A stretch of DNA of 63,821 nt, counting the filler, from Octopus bimaculoides (lineage: Eukaryota): NCBI RefSeq assembly GCF_001194135.2. It is 7 parts of 7 records of this genome, joined end to end, with 100 filler letters (N's around TTAATTAATTAA, not from the genome) between each part and the next. Parts side by side here need not be neighbours in the genome. Positions count along the whole stretch, not along the records: positions 24,188 to 36,558 come from NC_068983.1; positions 36,659 to 41,465 come from NW_026385165.1; 5 more parts are not named here. One strand, written 5' to 3'. Below are positions 25,400-37,929 of this stretch, one piece after another. The notes beneath the pieces were generated by a model, which was not told where the DNA came from, made no database searches, and saw only the letters and a program-made list of their open reading frames with translations. Position 1 is the first letter of the stretch; every line of letters starts with the position of its first letter. The position numbers and the translations under genes are program-made.

Positions 25400-25612
25400 A
25401 TTCTCGACACAATCAAGAAGATCTTGCGCAACTGAAATCCGAGTGTCTTTTCGGTCAGCTGAAAGCAGATTTGGCACAAACTTGGCAGACACGCGTCTCA
25501 TACCTAAATCTTCAGCGATAATGACTGAACTGAACCGTAACTAATCTGCATATCCTCTGATAACTCACGGATGGTTGAAACTTCGAAGTTACTATCTTCA
25601 ACATTCTTGTAA
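25400..25612 (-). pseudogene. mariner transposase N-terminal (HTH) fragment
   Basis: TIRELSEDMQISYGSVQS..(frameshift)..GMRRVSAKFVPNLLSADRKDTRISVAQDLLD matches the mariner HTH2/WVPxxL linker; a different subfamily from the 22.4-23.5 kb copy. Confidence 0.8.
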
Positions 25613-25725
25613 AAGAATAATAGATAGATACATACATACATACATACAAACATACATATATGCATACATACATAGATGCACGGACGGACAGACAGACACA
25701 CAGACACACAGACAGACACACAGAC

Positions 25726-25790
<65 letters not shown>

Positions 25791-27181
25791 TGTGTGCATG
25801 TACTATATAAATACGTGTATCTGTTTCTGGTTACTGCTTTGCTTTTGCGATCGAAACTTGTGTGCTCGAATCCGGAAACGGATAACGCGTTATTTCCTTG
25901 AGCTATGTAGTTCATTTCAAGTTACTCTGCTCTAAGAAGCAGCAATACGTCCAAAAGCAGTGGGTTGGTTTTGGGTTGGCTTGGGTTGGTATAGGCCATA
26001 TCGATCTATCATAAATATTACTCTTCATATAACGCGCAATCAAAGTTAAGCAGTTAGCTTTCTAGCCACATGCACCCATATACGATCCTACAGTACGTAG
26101 TTTGGCCAAGTGTCCTCGATTGCAGATACGGTTTCAGATTCGAGTTTTGATTGTAATTTGATGAAGAGAAACAATGCCAAAATTTTTCCATTATACATCC
26201 ATATGTGCGCATGTGTGTGTGCGTGTGTGTGTGGTGGGGGTGTTTATTATTTGTTTATATTTAAGTTACTGTCCTTACCATTTCAGTTTTTGTTTTTATA
26301 TATTTTACCATTTAGTCTTCAGACCCAGTCTATTTTTGTACTCGTTTTATTCTCTTCCTCATGTCCGTTCTCTTATATCCAAGACGCGTTTTACTGTTGA
26401 CACCAACATGAAGAATATTATTGATAAGGCTTCGAAATAATATTTCTTTCACAGCTTGAGGACTGGATTGAAAGCGAAGAGAAGCAGATGAAGCAAATGC
26501 TCATTTTTTTTTCTACATGGCACTACATCGTCATATATCTAATAGGACGTACGATTTATTCAAATTTCAGACTCGATGAACAAAAGTTATAGAAAGATTA
26601 CAAAGCTACAAAAGAAAAACTAAATAAAATAAAACATTAAAAGATACGATAAGGTTAATTCAAATAACACAATTCAAATAAAATTTTGCGACGACCCAAA
26701 GTATACAAACATACATACATGCATACAGTCATACATGCATACAGGCATAGAGGCATACAGGCATAATCCAGTACACAAGATACACTTTCAGCTTTGTGCT
26801 CATTATTATTGCAGTAACAGGATACATACCAACCCGCCCGGGGCAAAGTAAGGCTGAACATGGAGAGAGAATGCAAATCCTTAATTCATAAGCTACAAAG
26901 GATCCCAATATCTGGAACTGTAAAAATCTGCAGCACCTTCTTAAGATTTAAAGGATGACGGTTAAATCATGATACTTTCCTTCACAACCTTGCTACCAAG
27001 AAGGTGGTCGGTGAAAATTTACTCTAACTTAAAAAGAGAAAGACATAGCAAACATACATACATACATACAATAGGTAAATATGTGTGTGTATGTATATAT
27101 GTACGTACGTATCTATGTATGTATGTATGTATATATGTATGCATGCAAGCATGTATGTATGTATGTATGTATGTATGCATG

Positions 27182-27567
27182 TTTGGAGGCGCAATGGCCC
27201 AGTGGTTAGGGCAGCGGACTCGCGGTCATAGGATCGCGGTTTCGATTCCCAGACCGGGCGTTGTGAGTGTTTATTGAGCGAAAACACCTAAAGCTCCACG
27301 AGGCTCTGTCAGGGGATGGTGGCGAACCCTGCTGTACTCTTTCACCACAAATTTCTCTTACTCTTACTTCCTGTTTCTGTTGTGCTTGTAATTGAAAGGG
27401 TCAGTCTTGTCATACTGTGTCACGTTGAATATCCCCCGAGAACTACGTTAAGGGTATACGTGTCTGTGATGTGCTCAGCCACTTGCGCGTTAATTTCACG
27501 AGCACGCTGTTCCGTTGATTGGATCAACTGGAACCCTCAACGTCGTAAGCGACGGAGTGCCAACAAC
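27182..27567 (+). mobile_element. family B tRNA-derived SINE, full length, with TSD
   Basis: A-box TGGCCCAGTGG, B-box GGTTTCGATTCC, hairpin CGTCG-TAAG-CGACG and (AAC) tail; ATGTATGCATG at 27171-27181 and 27568-27578 (repeat context weakens the TSD call). Confidence 0.92.
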
Positions 27568-28104
27568 ATGTATGCATGCATGCATGTACAGATACTTTGG
27601 TCTTATTTTCTCGCGCCGTATAAGCAGTTGTGAGCAACGTTGATCAAGAAACCACCTTACATACATTTAACAGAATTGTCTCAGAAATTCCAGTTTAAAC
27701 AAACCTCCGTGAAGTTCATTTTAAAGATATTACTTTAAATTTAGAAACGAATTAACATAACAGAATTGGAAATCTAAAGAAATAATATTCTTATCAATGA
27801 GAATTCAATTAACCTTCACTAACATCCAAATAATTTATTCTTTAACATTAGTTAATGTATATCCTTAATATCCTCGAATTAGACCTCTTTTATTGTTTTT
27901 TTTGTTTTTTGTTTTTTCGTTTTGTAATGATACAGCAAGCAGGCAGAATCGTCAGACAATATGCTAAGTGACTCCATAAGTTATGAGTTCAAATTCCACT
28001 GACGTTGAATATACTTATCATTGTTTTGGGGTAGATTAAATAAGTATTACATTATTTACCTTATTTGCATTTGACGGATATTTGTCCTCATCTTGTTTGT
28101 TGTT

Positions 28105-28150
28105 AACACAATGTTTCAGCTGATATACCCGCCAGCCTTCATCAGATGTC
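28105..28150 (-). ncRNA. minimal type I hammerhead ribozyme motif (decayed)
   Basis: Minus strand reads GACAU CUGAUGA A GGCUG-loop-CAGCU GAAA CAUU GUGUU; stems I and II pair; two CpG-type transitions relative to the plus-arm copy. Confidence 0.7.
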
Positions 28151-28199
28151 TTGGGGAAATTTCTAACCTGGGTTCTCATTCCTAAGGTATTTTTCGATG

Positions 28200-28234
<35 letters not shown>

Positions 28235-28285
28235 ACATCAAAAAATACCTTACGAATGAGAATTCAGGTTCGAAAATTCCCCAAA

Positions 28286-28323
28286 ACACCTGATGAAGGC
28301 TGGAGGGTTTCTAAGCCGAAACG
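28286..28323 (+). ncRNA. hammerhead ribozyme motif, 3' strand lost
   Basis: ACAC CUGAUGA A GGCU-loop-AGCC GAAA CG; the cleavage triplet and stem I 3' strand are replaced by a duplicated AAGGCTGGA. Confidence 0.55.
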
Positions 28324-28504
28324 AAGGCTGGAAGAAGATGAGGACAAATATCCGTCAAATGTAAATAATGTAAATAATGCACATAATTCCTCATCTCTTA
28401 AGTATAGAACTGAAATAAGTATTAATCATGTACTAAGGACAACGTAATCGACTTACCCCACCCCGAAATAGCTAACCTTGAGCGAAAGATTGAAACTATT
28501 ATTA

Positions 28505-28705
28505 CAATGAGGCAGCGAGCCCGCAGAATCGTTAGCGTGTTAGACATAATGCTAGGTAGATTCTTTCGTTCAAAGTTCGAATTCCGTTGAGGTTTACTTT
28601 GCTTTTCATCCTTCTGGAATTGATAAAGTACGTACCAGTCAAGTACCGTGGTTGATGTAATCGACATCATTCCCGCCACCACTCAAAGTTAGTGTATTCG
28701 AGCCA
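28505..28705 (+). mobile_element. family A SINE, diverged
   Basis: GGCAGCGAGCCCGCAGAATCGTTAGC..AGTTCGAATTCC..GATGTAATCGAC. Confidence 0.75.
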
Positions 28706-29375
28706 AAATTAGAAAAGAATTATTATTAAGAGGTTCATCACAATAATGGCTTTAACAGATAAACAGCCAATTATAATGTTTTCAAACGTAAATATAGACA
28801 AAAAAAAAATTATGGAACAATCTGGTTATTCGTTTAAACATACAGAAACGTATTTCTATTAAATATTTTTCAAATCTCCAACGCATCATTGGTGCCATAA
28901 AAAATTAGTGAAAATTATGTTGAAATAAACTAGTTGCGCTGCAAATATTTTGCAGATTTCAGTAACTGTTCCAATAATATACTAGTGGGACTTTATATAC
29001 ACTTTATATACTTTTTGTACAATTTTATAGACTTAATACACAACACTCATAAAATAAATATTCACTCCTATTTTTCCATTATTCCCATAAACAAAAAATA
29101 TATATATATCCTGCACATATGATACAACCTTTAGTGAAATTTGAAATTGCATATATCCGCCACGTAACTAAGCTTGAATATTTCGCGGAATTGCACTTAT
29201 GCGATATACAAAAAAAAAAAAAAAAAAAAAACCTTAGTTCAATTTTAAAAAATACACTTTTCACTTTCCAATCATCATCGTCACCACCTCCATTACCTCC
29301 ATCTTCCCCACCACCACCATCTTCATCTCTCTCTCTCTCTCTCCTTCCCTCCCTTCTCTCCCCCTCTCTCTCCTC

Positions 29376-29412
<37 letters not shown>

Positions 29413-31475
29413 CTTTATCCTCACCAACAGAACATCATCCCTCTGCTAAAATTATTACGTTCCCCCTACCTCAGGTCATGGACGCATTTCTCTCTCCCAT
29501 TTTGTCTCACTCTTCACCTTATCCTCTTTTTCTCTCTTCTTTTTCTTTCTCCTCTCTTTTCCTTCAGTTAATCACAGGAAAGCGTTACAATCACATTCCC
29601 TCTACCTCACATTCCTCTCTCTTGCTTTTTTCCCTCCTTTTTCTCTCTCCCTCTTTTCTTTCTCCCTCTTTTTCTCTAATCCCCTGAAAGCGTTACCGAC
29701 GGGCTAAGTAACGAAATGACAAGCAGAATTATCACAAGATTCTGTTTGCTGAGATCTATCAGCAATGGTCCGGCAATATTAATAGTCTTTCGAAATATTT
29801 AATATATTGTAATAAATTCTTACTAGGCATCATAATTGTTCCAAGAAGTTATCTTGGCTTAATCAAAAAACTTTTTGAAATTTGGTTTTGTTAGCATATT
29901 CATATATTCATGAAAACTAAAAAACAAAAAAAATGCTTCACAAGCCCTTCGATGTATATGAGATTTTAAAAAGAAATAATTATCAGTGACATTTAAAAAC
30001 TAGCGGTCAGTTTTCGATCACGGTACACCATATGTCAGGGTGAATATTTGTTCAATTGATGCTGTAAACTTCGTCCAGGCGAGAAATATTTTTTCAATTC
30101 AACGTCTTAAAGAAATGTTCAGAGATTGCAGACATATTGAAAATTATTTGCTTAGCAATTATATACTTACAAATGTCTTATTCAGACAGTCATGTGTTTT
30201 ATTCATATAGTTGATAACTGAGGAAAGCTTTGAACAACTTATGATCAACGATTTAAAAATTTTCAGATACACCTACACGCCAACAGTTATTTCTTTACAT
30301 CTTTACAGTATAAGTAGAAAAGCAATTATCAAGTATCAACGCATATATACGTATATGTGTGAATATATGTATATATGAAAATGTATGTATAAGTGTATAT
30401 CTTCCATCCCCTCTTACTTCCGTGAACTGCCTCTGAAGCTATTAAGCTCTTGCCTTCAGTTGATGGACTTTCCTGGATCCTTTCCTCATAGAGAGGTTTG
30501 ACTTTCTTCAACAACTTTCAGCCCACGCGTATGTATATTCATTTATATAAATATAGATACATACTGAACACACACATACACGTGTGTGTGTGTGATTTTG
30601 TCACTATACGATCCAATGTACAATATATTCAGTGAATAATTGTCAACGCTTCTTTAAGTTTTCAAATATTTCCATTATTCCATATACAAAAAGCGTCTTT
30701 TCTTGTATGTTTTTCTATGCTTGATTGTACAAAACACGTTGCTGGTGTTTTCTGTGTTGAAGTTAAGCCCACCTCTGACCTTGTATTATCTTCTACGTTC
30801 CCCGTGCCAGCTATTACTCATTAAGATGTTATATCTGGTTCGGCAGGGATTTTACCCGGTTAACACTTTCGACATACTCTTACATACTGGACCGTCTGGG
30901 TGTACGTGCGTACGTATGTATGTATGTATCTATGTATGTATGTATGTATGTATGCATGTATGTATGTACGTATGTATGTATGTATGTATGTATGTATCTA
31001 TGTATGCATGTATGTATGTATGTATGTGCATGACTCGCTGCGCTTAAACAGAGATTGCTTTACGATGGCGTATTTTATAAATATGACAGTTCAACTACCA
31101 TAATAGCATGAAACTATTTGTACCTCTTTCGATTGTATACCTAATGAAATATATAATATATAAAACTCAATATATACACACATATACATTTATATATTTC
31201 TATTGCCTTCCTAATAGCTGTCTGAATGAAGAAACATATGTCTGTTTGCAATGCCATTTGTAATCCGGTTCTCTATTTCTGTGACGGAAGCTATATGTAA
31301 TATTTATGTGAAACGCTGCAAATCATTTTCTTAACTGAAACGTGATTTCCGCTTTGCAACCCATTGAAAAATTAATCTTCAAACTCGGTATTGCATGTCT
31401 TTCAACTGGAAGGCACCATGTGTGTGCGCGTGTGTGTGTGTGTGTGTGAGAGAGAGAGGGGGGNNNNNNNNNNNN

Positions 31476-31551
<76 letters not shown>

Positions 31552-31796
31552 TGTGTGTGTGCTTATTTTCACATCGTGGACCAGAAATGTCTTGAGTGAA
31601 AAGTGACGCATATAAATTCATCTTCACTCATTCTCCTCTTTTCTCTCACTAAATCTACACACGCATGATGTACACGAACATATACATATATGCATTAATA
31701 AATGCATATATATGCATGTAGGCACGTATGAGTGTATGTGCGTACACACATACACACAAACACGCACACACACAAGCACGCACACGCACACGCATA

Positions 31797-31960
31797 TATT
31801 CTTTTATTCTTTTACTTGTTTCAGTCATTTGACTGCGGCCATGCAGTCGAAGGAATCGACCCCATGATTTATTCTTTGTAAGCCTAGTACTTGTGCTATC
31901 GGTCTCTTTTGCATCAGCATCGGTTGTCAAGTGATGGTAGGGGAAGCCACACAAAGAAGG
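31797..31960 (-). mobile_element. family C SINE, 3' half
   Basis: TTTTACTTGTTTCAGTCATTTGACTGCGGCCATG..TTTGTAAGCCTAGTAC..GCATCGGTTGTCAAG. Confidence 0.85.
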
Positions 31961-31989
31961 TATAATGGCATACGTATGCATGCACTCAC

Positions 31990-32083
<94 letters not shown>

Positions 32084-32574
32084 TATGTATGTATGTATGT
32101 ATTATGTATGTATGTATGTATGTATACATATTCGCAGATATATATCTATGTGAGTGCAGGCGTACGTATATCATTATACCTTCTTCCCTCCTCTCTGAAT
32201 CCTACCTTTCACTAACCTATCACACACGTCTTTTTATAGTAATCTGACATCCTTGTATTCTTCTTTCCACTTCAAATTTTAGAACCAAAACAACTACTCA
32301 CTTCGGTATCACCCCACCCATACCTTTTCTCTACCTTTTCTCTACCCATCCCTTAATGCAGCTCTCATATCACAAATATATCACAATCTTTTACTTCTTA
32401 TCTTCTCATCTCTTCCTATCCTTCTGCTACACCTCAGCCATCCTCCCATCACATTATCTTGACCACCAATTAACACACCTTTTCTCACTCCTTTCACCCT
32501 TTCTTCACTTTTTTTACACTCTTTTCACTTTTTGCTTTTTTTATCTCACTCTTATTTCTTTTTTTTTTCTCTTT

Positions 32575-33654
32575 CTTCCACTCCAATATGAACATTTCAG
32601 AGTGTTTAGGTGTTAATCTGAGGACAGTACAGAGGGTTTGGAAAGAGTTGGATGAGTCTGATGGTGATTACGAAGGTACGGCAGCTTGGAAAATTCAATT
32701 TGATTGCTCTGATAAGAAAGGAACTCCTCGATTTGTTGGTGAGATCCAGGTCATAATTGACAACGACCCCTCCAAGTCAATCAGGTCCTCCGCCAGGGAC
32801 ATGGGAGTGTCTGAGTTTATCAGCAGGCAATGCATAAAGACATTTGGTATCCCTCACACAAGATGGGAAACGGCCAATTTTCATCCCAAGCCCTCAATGT
32901 CAAGATGAAAGACCGCGCTACGAAGCTTCTGAATAAACGCAAGCATCCCCTCCAACCGAACATGCTTCGGTTTTTCTCAGACGAGAAATATTTCTGCCAG
33001 GATCAAATGATGAACACACAGAATGACCATGGCTTAGCGTGTCTCCAAAACATGTACCACGAGTGATAAAAATCAAACTTCCGGTCAACATCATGGTGTT
33101 TGGAGTGATCAGTAGTGATGGCGACGTTATGCCTCCATTCATCTTCCCACACGGCCTCACACTGGAAAACCCATGCCTCCATTCATCTTCCCACACGGCC
33201 TCACACTGGAAAACCCTATGTCTGGCAACAGGACCTTGCACTATGCCACACAAGCAGGAGAACCCAGTCATGGCTGTCAGACAATTTCTGCGACCACATC
33301 ACCCCTAACATCTGGTCACCTACCTCCCAAGATTGAAACCCCTTTGATTATTATATGTGGGATGCAGTTGAGTGACAAACCAACAAAACTACTTGTAATG
33401 TCCAAGATGAAATGAAGGCAAGGATTATGGCAGCATTCGCCAACTTAAACAAGAAGACCATCCAGAAGAGTTGCAGATTCCTAAATCATCTGGAGACCGT
33501 GGTTAAGCCAATGGTGATTTTATTGAATAAATTTACTCTTTAGTATTTCAAGATATTTTTATGCAATTTTTGTAAATATATCTGCTAAAATGAAACGTCA
33601 GTGTTATTTTCATTTTGCGTAATTCAGACGACAATTTATTCACCGCGCTCTGTA
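32575..33654 (+). pseudogene. DD37D (maT-like) transposase relic with right end
   Basis: HTH (LGVNLRTVQRV; PSKSIRSSARDMGVSE), FFSDEK, WQQDLALCH and WSPTSQD*NPFDYYMW; I count 37 residues between the second and third D; ends AATTTATTCACCGCGCTCTG followed by TA (33653-33654); frameshifts and stops. Confidence 0.92.
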
Positions 33655-36602
33655 TGTAATGGGGATCCTGCTAGTGATGTGTATGTCTCTCTCTAGCATC
33701 AGCGTGGATATGTATTTATACCATATTTTTACATGTAATAATGTGTATATGGTTATTCCAGGATTTTGAAATGGAAATTCTCTGGAATGTTTTATAAATC
33801 TTCTTAGGAACCCTAATCGATTGGATTTGGAGAACGTGATTCAGTTTGCATTGTTTTTGCTTGTTTGCTTGTCATTTGTTCTTGTTTTTCTTTTCATTTC
33901 CTGCAAAAGTCCTGCAGTTTCAAGATTTCTTTGCCAATTTGATATTCATACGTTACAAATAATAGTTTTCTCACAATGTGGAGTCTTAAAACCCATCCTT
34001 ATCTTTCTTAAGCATAAGCTGTCCTACTTGCTACTGTCAGTTTCTGAATAGCAAATCTGTATCCTTCTCAGTGGAATGGGACGTAAGTATCACAGTTCCA
34101 AAAGATGTTACACACCTTGACAATGTCTTTACTGACTTCAAGCTTACAGGATATACGTTCGGGCATAACGTTCATAGTTCTTTTTCTATCTCCATTTTAA
34201 ACATTTCTGCTCTGTGACACTGTTGATATAGAGGTTTACTGTGGCAGTTGGTACTTTCTTAATAAAGATGTCCAAGCTGTGGTTCTCGTCAAATGTCCAG
34301 TCTACTATATTTAATTCTTTTTAACAAAGAAACCAAGCTCTTTCGATGAAGTTCGCATCATATAAACAAGGGTTCCATTTTGAATTTTATAAAGACCTTC
34401 ATTTTACTTTTACTTGCATATTGTGTCTTCTGATTTCCTATTAGCCTATATCACTCTTCATCTCGATGTGTGTATGCATGTATGTATGTATGTATGTATG
34501 TATTTATGCATGCATGTATGCATGTATGTGCGAATGTATGTATGTATGTATGTATGTATGTATGTATGTATATGTATGTATGTATGTATTTCTGTATGCA
34601 TATTTGTATGAATGCATGTATGTGTGTAGTATATATGTTTTTCATGTATGTACGGCTAAGTATATGAATGTAGTTACAGTAAAACTGTTTCGGCTCTAAA
34701 TCGCCAGTTTTCACTTGGACAAGATCGATGGCCTGAAGAGTGGGGACTTGTATGTTTGGTCAGTTGTGCCTATAAATGCAAATAACTGGTAAATGTGATT
34801 GATGAAAGGATTTATGTTTGTATATCTTTAATAAAAATAATACGGCATTTTACGAAGGGAAAACTGGTGAAGAAAGTTCAAAGTTTTGAGTAAATTTTAG
34901 TAAACGCTGGGTCTCTTATGTATGTCTGGTTCTCTTCTGATTTTAATTATCTAAACTCCTCTTTGGATGAAGGAGTTGGTTTCTAACAAGAATACAAAGC
35001 TCCATCGTTGGAATTTAAATAGCAAAAACAATGTCACATCTTAAATTTAAGAAAAGTCTTGCATATTTTTACTGTTCCACTTACAGATTGCATTTGCATT
35101 GTGCGAGTTAGTTGGTTGATTTCTTTTTCTGAAAATCCAAGCATATCCAGAGTGCCAGATAGGCATTTACTCACAAAACCAAGGCACGCATGTTTCTATA
35201 CTTGTCTGTTTGCAATACAAATAATATTGGTTATTATTTTGCAGCTCACAACTACTGGAAAGGTGAAGAAATCTGAAGGAACAGACAAATTTTTGAAAAG
35301 TAAACACGGCATTCCTCTATTTGTCATTGATGAATAAACGCATGATTTCTTGAGATAAAAACAGTCTGATGAGCCTAAGGATATCGGCGAGAATATTAAT
35401 TTATAGAGACCGCATTTCCACAATCAAACATAGAATTTATTATTTTTTTTTGTCTTTAATTTTAATGAGAATTTTCATCCATTTAATTTGCAAAATTTAT
35501 GTGTTAATAAACCTAGTTTACATTGTTTTGATTCATGTTTTCCATAGGGACTCGTTTGCTCAAATTTTTGTTTGTAACATTATGGCAGTCTTGGATATTG
35601 ATTTCTTACACAACACTCGACAAGATAAATATTTGCTGCAGAGATAATATATACACCAGAATACATATTTGGAGTTTATATATATTAAATCAGATATAGA
35701 TGCCTCCGAGGTAATTTGAACTCAGAAACTAAAGCATTTAGTCTAGCTTTCCACCATTTCTATTTTAGTTTCTATCAAAATATAGCCTAAATGCAAGAAA
35801 ATACTGGTTACAGACTTTGGAACAAGGCCAGTAATTTTCACCCCCTACATTTATTATATATATATATATATATATATGCATACATACATACATACGTACA
35901 TACATACGTACATACGTACATACATACATACATACATACATACATACATACATACATAGAGAGAGAGAGCCTCAGCATGATCACAGCTCATAAGCTGAAA
36001 CTGATTCAAATCAATATATCTATTGTATAATTGAGCTAAATCCTTTTTTCAAGAATCCAACGAAAGCTCTAATAGGACTTAAGGATTATCTCTTCTAAGA
36101 GCTGATAATTTTGATACAAGTATATATTCAGACACTTAGACAGACACCCTAGTAAATCACTGTAGAAATATATATGATGCTAAAGAGTGAGACCATCAAG
36201 AATTTTAAGACTCATTGGACAACCAGAGAGATAAAAATAAAAGAAAGAACATAACCCACATTCGCAAGCGATGGAGACGTGCTGACTCTAATCATGCTCT
36301 CGCGAATTGAATTTGAGGCAGCTATGTAGTCTCTCATTCTATACTACCGGGTATCATGTAACATGTTTTCTCTAATTATCCTTGGTGCTCATATATTCGT
36401 GAACTGGCACGGATATTTTCTCCGCCTTTCACATTCAGAGGAAGGTTTGGTTGCAGATAATTGCACAGGGTCAGAGTAAAAGAAACTACCATGCTCACGA
36501 ATACTACAAGCTCTTCTGTCCAAGAATCGATAAGCATAACTTTTTTCTTTTTTTTTGGNNNNNNNNNNNNNNNNNNNNNNNNNNNNNNNNNNNNNNNNNN
36601 NN

Positions 36603-36614
36603 TTAATTAATTAA
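36603..36614. other. artificial scaffold linker
   Basis: 44N-TTAATTAATTAA-44N. Confidence 0.97.
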
Positions 36615-36675
36615 NNNNNNNNNNNNNNNNNNNNNNNNNNNNNNNNNNNNNNNNNNNNTGTATGTATATAAGAAT

Positions 36676-36883
36676 ATTCTTTAATTTGTTTCAGTCAGTT
36701 GAATGCGGCCATGCTGGAGCACCACCTTTAGTCGAACAAATCGATCCCAGGACTTATTCTTTGTAAGCATGGTACTTATTCTACCGAAATCTTTTAACGA
36801 ACCGCAAAGTTACGGGTATGTAAACACACCAACATCTGTTGTTAAGCGATGGTGAGGGGACAAACACAAACACACAAGCACAT

Positions 36884-36920
<37 letters not shown>

Positions 36921-37103
36921 GACATAAATATGTAAATATACGACGGGCTTCTTTCAGTTTCCATCTACCAAATCCACTCAGAAAGCCTTGGTTGGCATGA
37001 GGCTATAGTGGAAGATACTCGCCCAAGGTGCCATGCAGTGGGACTGAACCCGTAACTATGTGGCTAGTAAGCAAGCTACTTACCACACAGCCACTCCTGC
37101 GCC
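36676..37103 (-). mobile_element. family C SINE, full length, internal (CA)n
   Basis: Reverse complement of the 45532-45979 copy; microsatellite at the equivalent internal position. Confidence 0.9.
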
Positions 37104-37187
37104 AACTTGTGTTTCTGTGTATGTATATATATGTGTGTATATATATATGTCTGTATGTATATATGTGTGTGTGTAATTGTGTGTATT

Positions 37188-37505
37188 TCATTTTTTTTTC
37201 ATTTTATCTAGTTTCAGCTCATGAGCTGTGGCCATGCTGGGGCACCGCCATTTGGTGTTGCTACATAATTTTACTTCACGAATTTTACTTCAGGAATTGA
37301 CATTTGGTGCATGAGAGAGTTTGATGCAGCTGCTCTCATCTGCACCCCCTGCCGTGAAGTTGGTTCATCTGGGACACCTGACAAGAAGAGGTCCAGCCTC
37401 ATCTTGAAGACACCTACATCCACCGCATGCAGGTCTCTCAGGTCCTTCGGGAGGATATTGAAGAGCTGTGGACCACTGAAGCCCAGGCTATTGCAGTATC
37501 TTGTC
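37188..37505 (-). pseudogene. CR1/L2-group LINE 3' end (end of ORF2 plus 3' UTR)
   Basis: YCNSLGFSGPQLFNILPKDLRDL..FKMRLDLFLSGVPDEP, stop at 37271-37273, then a short UTR with a hairpin and an A-rich repeat tail. Confidence 0.85.
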
Positions 37506-37929
37506 CTACATATGTGTACACACACANNNNNNNNNNNNNNNNNNNNNNNNNNNNNNNNNNNNNNNNNNNNNNNNNNNNNNNNNNNNNNNNNNNNNNNNNN
37601 NNNNNNNNNNNNNNNNNNNNNNNNNNNNNNNNNNNNNNNNNNNNNNNNNNNNNNNNNNNNNNNNNNNNNNNNTATATATATATATATATGTATGTATGTA
37701 TTTATTTATATTATATATATATATATATGTGTGTGTTTGTGCGTATATATGTGTGAGTGGCTCTGTGTGTGTCAGTGCGCGTGTGTGTGTGTGTGTGTTT
37801 CTGTATACATACACATGTGTGTGTGAGTGTATAGCATAACGTAATAACAAAACAAAAACAAAAAAAAAATCATAAAAGCATTGAGTAAATGGGTCACCAT
37901 TGAACACAGATTATGTTACATGGAGGCTG

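Larger units (their letters stand above)
28050..28412. mobile_element. fold-back (inverted pLTR-like) Penelope-derived element with 12-bp TSD
   Basis: Arms 28050-28201 and 28232-28379 are reverse complements around (ATT)n; AAATAAGTATTA at 28038-28049 and 28413-28424. Confidence 0.85.
27935..28505 (+). mobile_element. old family A SINE split by an insertion
   Basis: Head and B-box at 27935-28049; the remainder (GTAATCGACTTACCCC..CGAAAT) resumes at 28413. Confidence 0.75.

Noticed and set aside
26455-26592. Acceptor TTCTTTCACAG followed by LEDWIESEEKQMKQ (spectrin-like look)
   Set aside because: No convincing donor or homology; the 17-nt spacer to the upstream ORF is not an intron
27182-27255. 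tRNA genes
   Set aside because: All tRNA-like heads continue into SINE bodies and lack a complete cloverleaf
33790-34420. Possible Penelope RT relic on the minus strand (SSKELGFF, LDIFIKK)
   Set aside because: Similarity too weak to support without a profile search
35366-35412. CTGATGA-GCC-loop-GGC-GAGA hammerhead-like motif
   Set aside because: GAGA instead of GAAA, and I cannot form stem I or stem III; possibly a relic
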